64,000 bases of DNA from Octopus sinensis (GCF_006345805.1 NC_043021.1:28582001-28646000), one strand, 5' to 3'. Numbered from the stretch's first letter, positions 1 to 13,740 are shown. Numbers and translations are program-made. Notes: generated by a model from the letters alone, not told the origin.

Positions 1-7
1 CGTACAT

Positions 8-39
<32 letters not shown>

Positions 40-471
40 GTGTGTATGTGCGTGTGCGTGCGTGTGTGGATAATGATATTAATAAATAATTTAGACAAAT
101 AAGTATAAGTCGTATTTTTAAAGCAGAGATTACTAAATGCATTTAATATTAACAAAAGAAATACAAACAAGTGAATCTTTGTATCTCTCGGTTGCTAGCA
201 TTAATTATTATACAAATATTTCGAGTAGCAAAATAACGTTGCGTGCTTTATGGAACGGGTTTCTACGTTTCTCGTTAGAAGCGGTCGTCAGGTGAAATGG
301 TGACGCGGTGCACTGATGAGAATTTCAAAGTAAATAGACCGCTTGTAGCGAAAATCGTGGATTATCAATTGCGTGGTGCGATGCATTTTTAATGTACCCA
401 ATATGGATCCCCCTCTGTCTTTTCCCCTCTCCCCCTCTCTCATTCATTTTCTGGTTTCTCTCCATTTCTCT

Positions 472-535
<64 letters not shown>

Positions 536-1178
536 AATTAGAGATAAAACCACTATTAGGCAAGTAAGTTTGGATTTACATCCTAATATTATTTATATAT
601 ATATATCCCCATACGTATATAGATTGAAAGCGGTATATTGGTGTGCAAATGTATGTATACACACACACATATAATATGTGTATGCATATACATATATTAC
701 ACATATATATGTATTTATATTTATTTCTATATTTATATATATGTTAACTGTCCATGTAGAGTATTACACTGTAGAGAGTATATCCATATACATTATACTG
801 ATAACTTCAATATGAATATATGTGTGTGTGTGTGTTTCCGCGCGTGTGTATATCCGTGTATGTGTGTGTGCGCGTGTGTGTGCGTGTGTGTGTCAGTACT
901 TATATACGTGCGTGTATCATATCAATGTTCTACACAATAAACGGTGAATAGGAGATGCATTGAATATATCTGAAGCAGAAGCAAGTTGGTTTTTCCTTAT
1001 GTAAGTTGTCTGATGCCATTTGGATCACTTCAATGCTATAAAGATATCATCAAGCTATAAAAATTACTCTAGATTCTACATTTATGGACTTTCTCTTTTG
1101 GCGGAAGCTTGTGAGACAAGTACGGTGTCCATTAGCCGAATACGACTGTGTTTGTGTGTGTATGTGTATGTGTGTGAG

Positions 1179-1237
<59 letters not shown>

Positions 1238-1519
1238 TATGTATTGAGTAGACTATCAGACGTAGTAATACAAACGAGGGTCAAAGTGCGTTTCTCATTC
1301 CTCCTGATCGGAAGACTACTACGCTGGAGTGTTACCCATTTACAGCCGAGTGAACTGGACCAGCGGGAGATGACGTGTTTTATTCAATCACACAACGCCC
1401 CACCCGGTGCGGAAATCGAAACTGCAGTTTAACAGTCCTGAGTGCTACATCACAAACCTCGAGGCCACGCGCTTTCACACTCGCACACTTATGCATACAC
1501 ACACACACACACACACACG

Positions 1520-1551
<32 letters not shown>

Positions 1552-1808
1552 CACACACATTTATGTACTTATATATTTAAGCATGTATGTATGCGTCTTT
1601 TTAATATTTCATTCTATTATATTTTAGCAATTCGTTATTTTCTTTTGTCGTCTATGGATGGCTCTTGTTTTGTTCATGAAACATTATTGCATAACCAATA
1701 AGAATTTGGAAACTTCGAGAGACTGAGAGTAATTAATTTTTGATGATGGAACTTAAATATACGTTATTATATATAGTTTTATCCACTTCGAGTTCCACCC
1801 TAAAAGAC

Positions 1809-1853
<45 letters not shown>

Positions 1854-2261
1854 CGACCACCATCATCAATAACGTTGTCATTGTATTCATTACTACTTCC
1901 TTCAGTGCGCTAGGAAACATTTTGAATGGCTAGAGCGCTGAAAAAAATCTAGAATTTATTCTTTATTCATGTATGTTTTACGATATGCATTCCAATACAA
2001 ATTCATGCAAGTCAGGGTGAACTGGGAATATGCTAGGAGAGAAATAAATAAGGTTGGCTTTGCTGTGATCTAATTAGATATCTATGGCTACCTAGGTGAT
2101 TATTAGCCACACTTTGATCTCGATTGTCATGAATATTAATACAAATATCAAGAGAAATGCGCAACACTACGATATTTTCAACAATTATATGCAAGCGTCG
2201 ATTACACCAGCGATTGGAAAGTAAACAATGCAAACTATTCTGCAACTCCACCACCGTAAAT

Positions 2262-2305
<44 letters not shown>

Positions 2306-2526
2306 TACCCACAAGGGGCGTGAAATTTGCGGGGAGGGGTCGAGCCGATGTCATCGACTCCAATGCTCAACCGCGGTTATTTTATCGTCTGCGAAAGGTT
2401 GAAAGGCAAAGCTGACCTTGGTGAAATTTGAACTCGGGGCGTAAAGACGGACGAAATGCCGCAAAGCATTTCGCCCAACTTGCTAACGATTCAGACAGCT
2501 CGCTGCCAATCATAATAATAATAATA

Positions 2527-2557
<31 letters not shown>

Positions 2558-3101
2558 AATAATAATAATAATAATTTTAGATATTTCAAATGTTTTTATG
2601 GTGCCATACAAATGCAAATAGATCTATTAATAACTGGTCATTATCAGGGCCGTCACAACAGTATTATTGGCGCCTACGGCTCTGTAGCATTGTCTATTGG
2701 CAGCAAACAACAGCATATACAGAGTAGAATTGGGCCCTAGACCCTTCAGGTCCCTATGTCTTAAGCCGGTACTGCTCATAGTTTATATGAAATAAAAAAA
2801 ATTCGTTGACAGGATCAGCTACGGGAATTTCACCACGTTCGCACGATCGATGCATAGTTCCATCCTGTTAGATGTTATTGTTCCCGTTTTTGGTTCAACT
2901 TCTAAGGCGGAGTGTACCGGCGATTTTATGCTATGATATTTCCAGTCCCATTTGCTTTACAAAATAAATACGTTTTAGAATGCGAAAAGCTTCAAGCAGA
3001 TTGATTTTAATGTAATAACGAATGTTATTAGAATAGACATTGTCGTTGATACTGCTGTTGTTTTTATTATTGTTATAATTATTATTGTCGTTGTTGTTAC
3101 A

Positions 3102-3193
<92 letters not shown>

Positions 3194-3388
3194 AGCAGAG
3201 AGGTAGCAGAACACATAGCACAAGGGCCAAACTGCTAAGCGTCATTTCGTCCGTCTTTACGTTCTGAATACAGATTCCACCGAAGTCTTTGTTTTTCATC
3301 CTTTCGTGGTCGATGAAATAAATACCACTCAAGTACTGGGGTCAATACAATCGACATAGCACACCCCACACAACTGCTGGCATCGTGC

Positions 3389-3457
<69 letters not shown>

Positions 3458-4478
3458 GCTAGTGGTAACATTCATAGTTATAGCAGTTGAAACAAAAGCC
3501 TAATTTATGATAATATTGTTTGTAATATTAGCAGTAATAAAACGAAGAAGAAGAGTTGAAGAAAAGAAATATGTTTAATATCGATCAGATAAGTTATAAT
3601 AGTGACTATAGCGGTGGTAGTGCTGTTTGTGTTTGGGTTGGTCGTAGTAGTTATTGTTATAATTTTGCAGTGTGCTGTAGTTGTTTGTGTTTGGTTGTAT
3701 CAGAATAAATAATACTGGATCTGTTCACTAACACACCCCATTATATATTTATAATAATTATTTAATGTTAAAACCCTTAAAGCAATATCATGTTTAGATT
3801 CAATTTCTTTTGTCTTTGTTTCAAAATGGCCGTCTTGTTTGTTTCTTCTTCTTCCTTTGCCTTCATCTTTCATCTTTCTCTCCTTCGCATTTTTGTAACT
3901 CTTTTTCTCTCTCTGTATATATATCTCATTCACCCAGGTTCTTTCTCTCTGTATATATGTATACCTCTCTCTTTCTTTCTATCTTTCTCTCTAGCACTGG
4001 CATGTATCTCATGTGTGTTCTATTTCCAAAGATTTAAATTAATTTTGTTGATTTGTTTTGCTTTTTTTTTGTTTGTTTCTGGTTTTTTTTTTGCTTGTTT
4101 TTGAAATTCAGAATAGAGTCTCAGAAGAATCACATTTTTTCACTTTTCTTTTCTCTGTTTTTTTTTATTCATATTTTTCTATTAATGCTGAAATCTTGAA
4201 CAAAAAAATAATGTATACATACACATATGCATGTATATATATATACATACATATATATATACATATATATATAGATGCTTACATATATATCTACACATAT
4301 ATATATATGTACTTGTTTATACATATATATATACATACATATATATATATATATATACATACATATATATATAAATATACATACATATACATATATATTC
4401 ATAAATACATATACAGTTCAGATGGGTTTTTACTGCTTATTTTGCGTTCTTGAACAATTATTCCAATTTTTTGGTATT

Positions 4479-4672
4479 CTATAATTCGAATCCGGTGTCC
4501 AGAAGGTTCCTTAACAGTTGAGAGGTCATTGCCCAGTTTCGTTCAGGCATTCCCAGTGATACAATTTCTCTGGGATCATCTTCCTCAGATGCGATCAAAG
4601 CTTTTTCGATGTTCATTACCGATTCGTTGCTCAGACCAAGAATGTTCTGAAGATCCCTTAAGTCTCCCGCAG
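4479..4672 (-). CDS. Prohormone-4-like precursor, terminal coding exon
   Basis: Acceptor attttcag|CT, 194 nt to TAG. Translates (T)AGDLRDLQNILGLSNESVMNIEKALIASEEDDPREIVSLGMPERNWAMTSQLLRNLLDTGFEL*, cf. prohormone-4 C-terminus ...AVENGD...LG....KLVKTGFLD. Confidence 0.9.
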
Positions 4673-4721
4673 CTGAAAATCAGAAAATAATAATAATATT
4701 AATAATACAAATAATAATACA

Positions 4722-4801
<80 letters not shown>

Positions 4802-5053
4802 CAACATCAACAATAACTACAGCACCAACAACTACAACAATTATAATAATAGTTTCAAGTGGGTGAGGGGATAAGTTTTCACTGGTACTTAATCTATCGG
4901 CCCCGAACGAATGAAAGGCAAATTTGACCTCGGTGGAATTTGAACTCAGAACTTAGCGAAACTATGATAATAATAATACAAAGACAAATTAATATTTCAT
5001 TAATATTTTAATGACGCTTAATAATTAAGTGGAAATTTTCGTAAACCATTCTA

Positions 5054-5180
5054 CAGAGTGTCCACTAAGTCTGGGTACATGGAGTAAATAAAATTATAAC
5101 ATAAACAATCAAATATAAGAAATAATAATTTCTTGAAGTATGTGTTAATCCCGATGTACCCAGACTTTGTGGACACCCTG
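5054..5180. mobile_element. Tc1/mariner-type MITE (127 bp)
   Basis: TIRs CAGAGTGTCCACTAAGTCTGGGTACAT / ATGTACCCAGACTTTGTGGACACCCTG, flanked by TA on both sides. Confidence 0.85.
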
Positions 5181-5299
5181 TATGTATTTCGATACTTTTA
5201 TTAGGAGAGGTATTTATAACTGTTCTAGACTATTGTAGATTTATTATACTATTACTATACATCAAATATTACTATACATCAAATAAGCTGACGTCCAAC

Positions 5300-5550
5300 T
5301 TTTGGACAGCATGGTCACTATCTACATCCACTGGATTCTCTCTGGCCAGACGCTTGACAAAGAGTACTTCTTGATAGTTTTGAGGGATTTGATCGTAAGA
5401 AGCAAAACCAGCTGCACCAGGACAATGCACAACTCCATGATTCTATCCCGTCTACCAACTACTTGGCAGCAACAAACATAAAAACTATCCTTCACCCTCC
5501 CTTACAGTGCAGACTTTGGACCCTGTAACTTTTGGTTGTTCTCCAAGTGT
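5300..5550 (+). pseudogene. Degenerate mariner (DD34D) transposase fragment
   Basis: Frameshifted translation gives IYIHWILSGQTLDKEYFLIVLRDL...HQDNAQLH...[16 protein letters not shown], matching the mariner HQDNA and YSPDLAPCDFWLF motifs. Confidence 0.75.
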
Positions 5551-5598
5551 AAGCGCCACAGCAAGTGCATTGAAGTCAGAAGACTTATATATGTATAT

Positions 5599-5665
<67 letters not shown>

Positions 5666-5669
<4 letters not shown>

Positions 5670-5892
5670 CAAATGAAATAAATGAAAAACAGGACACAAA
5701 GGATGTTGCGGTACATATGTTTCGGGTTTATAGAACAACTTATTCTTACATCAAGGCATAATTGATATAAGGTTTTTGATCTATCTATTATATCAATTAT
5801 ATATTGATGTAAGAATAAGTTGTTCTATAAATCCGAAACATATGTACCGCAACATCCTTTGTGTCCTGTTTTTCATTTATTTCATTTGATAC
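5666..5892. repeat. Fold-back element (~100 bp arms) next to (TA)n, with the 3' half of a hammerhead-like motif
   Basis: 5666-5770 is nearly the reverse complement of 5788-5892. GAAAC-ATAT-GTA at 5835-5846. Confidence 0.85.
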
Positions 5893-5972
5893 ATATATCC
5901 TATCACCTATGCCACTAGCTGGCATATACAGGTGCTTACATTTATCAAGTATTCACCCTGAACTTATTATTA

Positions 5973-6064
<92 letters not shown>

Positions 6065-6369
6065 GCAAACTTATAAGCTCCGAGTGTATCGGTATTCTGC
6101 AGAAATACAGGAATTCTCAGACGCAGGAATGTTTTAGATACCCTTCGGCAGACGGAAATAAGTGGCCAGCAACCCTGACAATCGAATCTTCTCTCTCCTA
6201 GTTTGCCCCTGAGCGTTCTGTACCTGACATCATGAGACAGCGCCGTTTTATAATGTTACTTATAGCTTTTGGAACGTGAGACCATCTTGTAAGCGCCGGG
6301 TTTGTTGGTATTCTCGAATGAAAGAAGGCTGTGAAGACAGCATAGGAAATCGGAACTATTTATATTAGT

Positions 6370-7140
6370 TTGAACGCTATTTTTTCAAGCTGTGTGTAAT
6401 TCTAAAACGCCACATATACATGTGAACGCTATTTCATTTGTTATGAACAATATTTATATAAACAATATATCTCATATAATATGGACACTATTTCTGTGGA
6501 CCATGCATCTTATAAACACTCCTTTTATTAACATATATTATGTACAATCTATTATTGACATCACCTAAAAGACCAATTTGTAAAAGATAAATACTTTATA
6601 AATGCTATTTTTATGAACAATGTATGTATTGTATACATTACATTTTTTATATGTAATTCCTATAAATACCACTTGTTTAACGATGTACATTTTATAAACG
6701 TCATTTTTATGATGTCTGAGCTTTTGCACACTTATTTATATATATATTTTTATACTCACACTAGTTTTTTATTAAAAAAACAGAAGCACAAACTATATAT
6801 CTTACATAAACACCATTTTCCCAAACGCAGTATTGCTCTTGAACGATATTTGTATGAACAATTAATTCATCATTTCTAAACGTTACTTACATGAAACATT
6901 TGATCTTTATAAACAACAACTTTTAACGCTCTGATTCTATAAACACCATTTGCGAATTCTATAAATATCTTTATTTAATATCTCTGAATGTTCTATCGTT
7001 TATATTCGATATTTATAAGATAGATATATCTTTATAATAAGCATTTTTTAGTGACGATGTAATTCGTTAGCGATGATGTCAATAAATGTTTTTTACAGAC
7101 TCATTTATTACTAATGTATTGTTTCTAAAGACTATTTTAT
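6370..7140. repeat. Highly decayed minisatellite (recurrent ATAAACACTATTTT / TGAACGATG motifs)
   Basis: More than ten variants visible, e.g. ataaacactcctttt, ataaatgctatttt, ataaacgtcatttt, ataaacaccatttt, tgaacgatattt. Confidence 0.55.
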
Positions 7141-8219
7141 TGTGACTTAAGCTAAGTTACATCGTTTACTTCGCTCCTCATTCATTAGGAATAACGACTC
7201 CTTTTTGGACTCCTCTTTGATCAGAACTCACTAATTTATGCTTACAAAACAATTTATTTTGATAGCTTGATACCCTGCACAGGCTAAATAATAACTTGTC
7301 AGGTCCTTATGCAAATACGCTTAACAATAAAAACAAAGATTTTTCTTTTAACTAGAAATAATGTTATAAATTATGGTTTCAAATTTTAGCCCAAGGCAGA
7401 AATTTCGGAGAAGGAGCTAAGTCGATTAGATCATTCCCAGTATTCAACTGCTGTTTCTTCTATCGACCCCGAAAGGATGAAAGACAATGTCAACCAAGCC
7501 GGAATTTGAACTTGGAATATAAGGACATACGAAATGCCGCTAAGCATTTTGCCAAGCATGCCAACGATATTGCGAGAATGTCGACTGTATAAAAAGTGGC
7601 CTGCAAACCTTTACAGATTATCGGACCATGTACTTCTCAGTTACATAGAAGCGCTTTGTACCATTAAGCTAAGAGATCCCTGGCATGTAAGCTACAAATA
7701 ATAGCGTGTAAATATTGGCTAAATAGTTACTTTGGATAGTAAAAGGCGAAGGCTGTTCGTAGTTGTTGAAAACCACGTGTTCTCAAGCATGTCATACGTT
7801 CTACTGTTGAACCAACTCATTGCTTCGAATTTGTTAATGTCATAAATGTTTAGAAACTTTGCGAGAACATGAAATAATTCGTTTTTAACGGTTGAATTCG
7901 AAGTGAGTAAATCTATAAATAATAGCCTTTAAACAGTGCATTAAAAAAACTGTTTGGATTGACAAAAGATATTGTTATTGAAGAATTTATTACTCCCTCT
8001 GTTATTTCAAAAATATTTATGCCAAGGAATAGAATCAGCAATTTTTTAAAGTTTGCATTTGGGGATTGTTAACAATTAACTAAATACACACACACACTTA
8101 CATTTATGCGCGTGCACACTAACACGTGCTCTGGATGGATAGATAAAATATTATTTGTATTAGAATTAATATATGCGATATGTGATTGTTTAGAAAGATG
8201 CTGATCAATGAAGACTTAC

Positions 8220-8333
8220 TTGCTAAGGCTTTTGCCACAACTTCAGCATCGATCCCGTCGAATAGTTTACCTATTGTCCACGCCCCGGCACCAGTGAGGT
8301 AGTCGTATATTTCCTCTACACGTGGTCGTTTGG
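8220..8333 (-). CDS. Prohormone-4-like precursor, internal exon
   Basis: Acceptor gttacag|CC and donor A|gtaagt, 114 nt, phase 1/1, in frame with both neighbours. Translates (S)KRPRVEEIYDYLTGAGAWTIGKLFDGIDAEVVAKALA, cf. prohormone-4 AKRPPVEE...KLFG...KVAIALS. Confidence 0.92.
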
Positions 8334-10101
8334 CTGTAACGAGTAATACAGATAACAATTGTATAAAAAAGATATTAGTCAGTAGATTACAATGAAATTT
8401 AAATGAATCTAACGCTCGAGCAGTTGTTGTTTTTGTTTGTTGTTGTGGGAATTTGATTACGCCTTCCTTGGGCAGTTTTAAGGGAGATGAGAACATGTCT
8501 TTCATTTTGATTGTTTTCAACGAGAAATATGGAATTAGTAAAAATATTAAGCATAAGTTAACATTTTTTATTTCCAGAACAAGCAACGGAGATATCTCTT
8601 GAGTGTGCGCTTCAATAAGCTTGATTAAAAAATGGATGAATTTCGTTATTGCTGCTCCCAAGTACATTATTAGTACCTTAATGCTAACATGCATCAAATC
8701 ATTAATAGAAATATATTTATAGTGTGGAAATACAAACAATATTACATAATCTGTTACAATAAGATAGCAGACGACGCTGAACATGTTTCGGCCTTATTCT
8801 GACATCATCAGTGAATCAGGCTTCACCATAGTTGATGAAGTGATAATGAATGAATCACTGAGTAAATATCCAACTTTGAGAATTTATTGATGTAAGATAT
8901 TCCTATTGTTTAAATATCAAGTTAATCAAAGACTTCGACTGAATGAAAAACAAGAGGTAACTTAGCGCGCATCACTTTTAAATTAATCTCTATAGATTTT
9001 CTACAGAGATGAATTGAGAATATCCCACACACAGTAAGGCACAATATTGACTTGTAAACGTGTAATATGCTTGGTAGTACATAATGGTTGCAAAGTGAAA
9101 TATTTAGTGCTAATATAGTTAAATAGATACACGGCAATTTTGACGCTTGGTGAGGCGTTCTCTCTGTTTAGTGCCTGAAACAACTTGACATGAAAGTTCC
9201 AATTTTGGGAATTTCCCTCGGCGGGTCCAGTTTCCAGCCGTGGACATACCGTTTTACATTTGAAAGGACAAACATTTGCAGAGTCGACTAACATAATTTA
9301 TTGTTTCTCTCCTTTGAGACGTAGACATTCATTTCAATGCCATCTAGCAGCTACTAGAAGCAGAGTAAGCGAAAGCATAAAACCAATCTCGTGTGCTCAT
9401 ACTTTCTGAAGGCAGACTATTTCGAAAGATCTTTACCAATCGTCAATGAATTTTCCTTCTTTTATGGCATGAAAAAGACAAGTGATATTTCTCCATCTTG
9501 CGCACATTATTATTCTAATACAGCTAACTATTTCAAAATGTTCAGTGATGTGAATGGAGAGGCTTCGTTTCGCCTAGAACTGAACCATGTTATTTTCTAG
9601 CACAATACCATATTACCACTAAATTTGTTTGCCTTTCATCTGATGAAATATGCAGCTCTGGCCTTTCAACGATGTATATTCGTCATATAGGATATATAGA
9701 TAAAGATTTTACTCCATTTCTGTTCTGTTGCGCAATTGCATATATCTATTTATCTATATGTATATATATATATATGCATATATATATATATGCATATCTA
9801 TACATATGTATAAAGGTATATATACGTATACATATATAATATTTATATGTATATATACACGCACACACACAGACACACACACTCATATATATATATATAT
9901 GTGATGGTATTTTAATAATACCATCCCTATATATATTATATATATATATATTATATATATGTAAACATATGGATATAAACATATACATATATACATATAT
10001 TTGTTTGTGTGAGGGTACGTGCGTGTTTGTGCGTGAGGTGCGGTCGCGTGTGTGTGTGTATGGCAATATTTCTTAAAATAAATACGAAAAAACCTACTTA
10101 C

Positions 10102-10233
10102 ATGCTATACATAATGCCGGGTCTTCATCGAATCCTTCATCGCAGTTTGGGATATCATCGCAAACTGACGATAAAGGTATACATTTGTGCGAACTCTTGC
10201 AAAGGAACGGTTTGTAGGGTGGGCAAGGATTCG
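10102..10233 (-). CDS. Prohormone-4-like neuropeptide precursor, internal exon encoding the LDL-receptor class A domain
   Basis: Acceptor tttacag|CG and donor T|gtaagt, 132 nt, phase 1/1. Translates NPCPPYKPFLCKSSHKCIPLSSVCDDIPNCDEGFDEDPALCIA, a six-Cys LDLa pattern (CD..PNCDEG.DED) matching prohormone-4 (CRPYEPFKC...CDGAPDCQDGYDEDSRLCTA). Confidence 0.92.
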
Positions 10234-10638
10234 CTGTAAAACAAGAAAAACAAGTTTTAAAACAAAATTCAAAATTCACTGAATACTGCTGTGAAAAGAG
10301 AGAAAGAAAGAAATAAACCCACAGATATTTCTACTAATTGTATGAATATGGCTGTGTGGCTAGCGAGCTCATTTCGCAACCAGTCTCACGAGCGCAGGTT
10401 TTTGAGAAAGGTATTCTAGTATAGACGTATAGCACTGCGGCCACCAATTATTTGTGAGTCAATGTGGTTGACGAATACTGTGAGGAAGGTGTACATACGT
10501 ACATGTATACATACATAATATATACATACATATGTACATATATACATATGTGGCTATCTCCTCAACCTCTTGTAGATTTTAGGTAAAATTATACTAATGT
10601 GTCCTTCTAATTTAATTAAATTCTATGTCTATGTCTTT

Positions 10639-10732
10639 GTGCAGCTGAAGATTGATCTACATTTCAAATTGATGTAATGAAATGATTGCATTCTTCAATT
10701 AAATGGAGTCGCATGAAACGATCGTACTGCAT
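10639..10732 (+). ncRNA. Type-I hammerhead-like motif, canonical core, expanded stem II region
   Basis: GTGCAG-CTGAAGA-[63 nt]-GAAAC-GATC-GTA-CTGCAT. Stem I 6 bp; palindromic stem III loop. The base of stem II is degraded in this copy. Confidence 0.6.
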
Positions 10733-10820
10733 TACCCCTGGATATCGTATTTTCATATATATATATATATATATATAATATATATATATATATGCGTGTG
10801 TGTATGTATGTATGTATCAC

Positions 10821-10894
<74 letters not shown>

Positions 10895-11377
10895 GTGTGT
10901 GTGTGTGTGTGGATTTATGTATATGTATGTACGGATGTATGCATATAAGTATATGTACATATTTTCATACATAAGTGTATATATACACCTATATATATGT
11001 GTGTATGTATGAATGCATGTAAATATATAGGAATGTGTACCTGTGTTTATACATATATATGTGTGTGTGTATATATGTGTATGTGTGAGTTCGCGCGTGC
11101 ATTTTTGTATCTGTACGTGTATATATATATGTATGTATGTATGGATGGATGTTTGTATCTATAGATTTATGTAAGTATAAATGTGTGCGTTCATACTCTG
11201 TTTTGTTCTGGTGAAGCCACTGACATGTCAGATCATGCCTCATCTGCTGTTTATTTAATCAGAAAACACAATCAATTAATTCTTATCCACAGAGTTGTTG
11301 ATAGATTGAATGAACATATGAAGCATTTTTTGTTTTGGTATTCGTGATTATATGTCTGTGTGTATGTACCTGACTAT

Positions 11378-11431
<54 letters not shown>

Positions 11432-11508
11432 GAGTATCACGCAAGCAGTCACGCCTAACATTGATTACATATATGAATAGGTACACTTTTATGTAGATAT
11501 ACATATTC

Positions 11509-11561
<53 letters not shown>

Positions 11562-11745
11562 TAAGAAAGTTTGTTTGGTAAAGCACGTGGGTGAATATAT
11601 AAGAAAATAGTAAAGTGTGAAAAAACGACAGAAGGCTTAAATGTTAAAAAATATATATATTTGTGTCAAAATGTCTGGAGAATATTGGAAAATTTTTTTT
11701 TTTTTTTTCCCTTTCCTTAAAATGACATAATTTAAAAATTTTTTA

Positions 11746-11785
11746 AAGAAATTACCGGTTTCGCGTGTAGCTTTTCAAATTTCTT
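11746..11785 (-). ncRNA. Mirror copy of the U3-A8 minimal hammerhead
   Basis: Exact reverse complement of 13424-13463 in the left arm. Confidence 0.75.
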
Positions 11786-11894
11786 GTGACTTTATGTTTA
11801 TATTGCATGGAATTATCGTTGTTTTTATTTCCAGGAGATTTCTAAATAAGGGGAGGTAGTGAGGGATTTTTTCCGGTGTAGGGGAGATAATCGC

Positions 11895-11930
<36 letters not shown>

Positions 11931-13276
11931 CCCCTTTTCCTTGTTAATTTCTCTGTGTCAGTATGTTCGGATGGTTGAGTCTGGGTTTGTACTTTTCAAT
12001 GAAGAATGTTTCCTTGTTCAGTCTCATTTGTGTTGATGATCCGAAAGCACATTGGTAAAATGGGAAGATTAAAAATTGTGGCAGTAGTTGCTTTGCGCAT
12101 TTCTCAATGTGCTTACTAAAAGGTATCATTCTATATTCTGGGAATGCAATCTGTTGTCGATGCAGTGTGCATCTGCGCTGAGTGATAGTCCCGTGGAACC
12201 CACGTAGTCTTGGTGGCAGCCCGAGCATTTAATAACATAAATTATGTTTTCAGAGGCACAAGTAAAGTTAGATTTGATCTTAAATTTCTGTCCCTCTTTA
12301 AAGAAGAATTCTGATCCTTCCAATAGGTTAGGACATGTTGCACAGTTCGATCTACCACATTTTTTTACTTTTGCATCCGTAATTTTAGAAGACAATTTTG
12401 CCTTTGTGAGAATCTTTTTAAGTGATTTAGGCTGTTTGTAGCTTTTAATGATTTGGTGTATGTTTAGAATTTCCTTTAATTTTGGGTTTTTATGAAGTAT
12501 TGGTAAATTCTGGGTGATGATGGTGAATTGACAGACATTACCCAGCTCAACTCATAGAGGATGGGATCAGACGTGCAACAGAAATCAACATAAAAACTTT
12601 AAGAAAAGTTCACACAACAACACACCTTCCCCGAAAATACTACCTTACATATCTACATACAACCCCAGAAACAAAGAAGCTTCACCATCATCACCCAGAA
12701 TTTACCAATACTTCATAAAAACCCAAAATTAAAGGAAATTCTAAACATACACCCAATCATTAAAAGCTACAAACAGCCTAAATCACTTAAAAAGATTCTC
12801 ACAAAGGCAAAATTGTCTTCTAAAATTACGGATGCAAAAGTAAAAAAATGTGGTAGATCGAACTGTGCAACATGTCCTAACCTATTGGAAGGATCAGAAT
12901 CTTCTTTAAAGAGGGACAGAAATTTAAGATCAAATCTAACTTTACTTGTGCCTCTGAAAACATAATTTATGTTATTAAATGCTCGGGCTGCCACCAAGAC
13001 TACGTGGGTTCCACGGGACTATCACTCAGGCGCAGATGCACACTGCATCGACAACAGATTGCATTCCCAGAATATAGAATGATACCTTTTAGTGAGCACA
13101 TTGAGAAATGCGCAAAGCAACTACTGCCACAATTTTTAATCTTCCCATTTTACCAATGTGCTTTCGGATCATCAACACAAATGAGACTGAACAAGGAAAC
13201 ATTCTTCATTGAAAAGTACAAACCCAGACTCAACCATCCGAACATACTGACACAGAGAATTAACAAGGAAAAGGGG

Positions 13277-13314
<38 letters not shown>

Positions 13315-13423
13315 GCGATTATCTCCCCTACACCGGAAAAAATCCCTCACTACCTCCCCTTATTTAGAAATCTCCTGGAAATAAAAACAACGATAATTCC
13401 ATGCAATATAAACATAACGTCAC

Positions 13424-13463
13424 AAGAAATTTGAAAAGCTACACGCGAAACCGGTAATTTCTT
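13424..13463 (+). ncRNA. Minimal hammerhead motif, U3-A8 core variant, in PLE 3' end
   Basis: AAGAAAT-TTGAAAA-GC(TACAC)GC-GAAAC-CG-GTA-ATTTCTT: perfect 7 bp stem I, 2 bp stem II, palindromic ACCGGT stem III, GUA triplet. Confidence 0.75.
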
Positions 13464-13697
13464 TAAAAAAATTTTAAATTATGTCATTTTAAGGAAAGGG
13501 AAAAAAAAAAAAAAAAAAAATTTTCCAATATTCTCCAGACATTTTGACACAAATATATATATTTTTTAACATTTAAGCCTTCTGTCGTTTTTTCACACTT
13601 TACTATTTTCTTATATATATATATATAATATATATATATATATATAATAATATATATATATATATATATTACATAATAGATAGATAGATAGGTAGAT

Positions 13698-13740
<43 letters not shown>

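Larger units (their letters stand above)
11558..13618. mobile_element. 5'-truncated Penelope-like element (Neptune-type GIY-YIG end) arranged as a ~930 bp inverted duplication within (TA)n
   Basis: Arms 11595-12527 and 12681-13618 are near-identical reverse complements. They encode ...KCGRSNCATCP...NFTCASENIIYVIKCSGCHQDYVGSTGLSLRRRCTLHRQQI...HIEKC...RLNKETFFIEKYKPRLN (Cys linker plus GIY-YIG endonuclease). The spacer continues the ORF upstream (LPYISTYNPRN). Confidence 0.92.

Noticed and set aside
2645-2775. Possible hAT MITE starting CAGGGCCGTC
   Set aside because: The right TIR and TSD are too degenerate to support a call.
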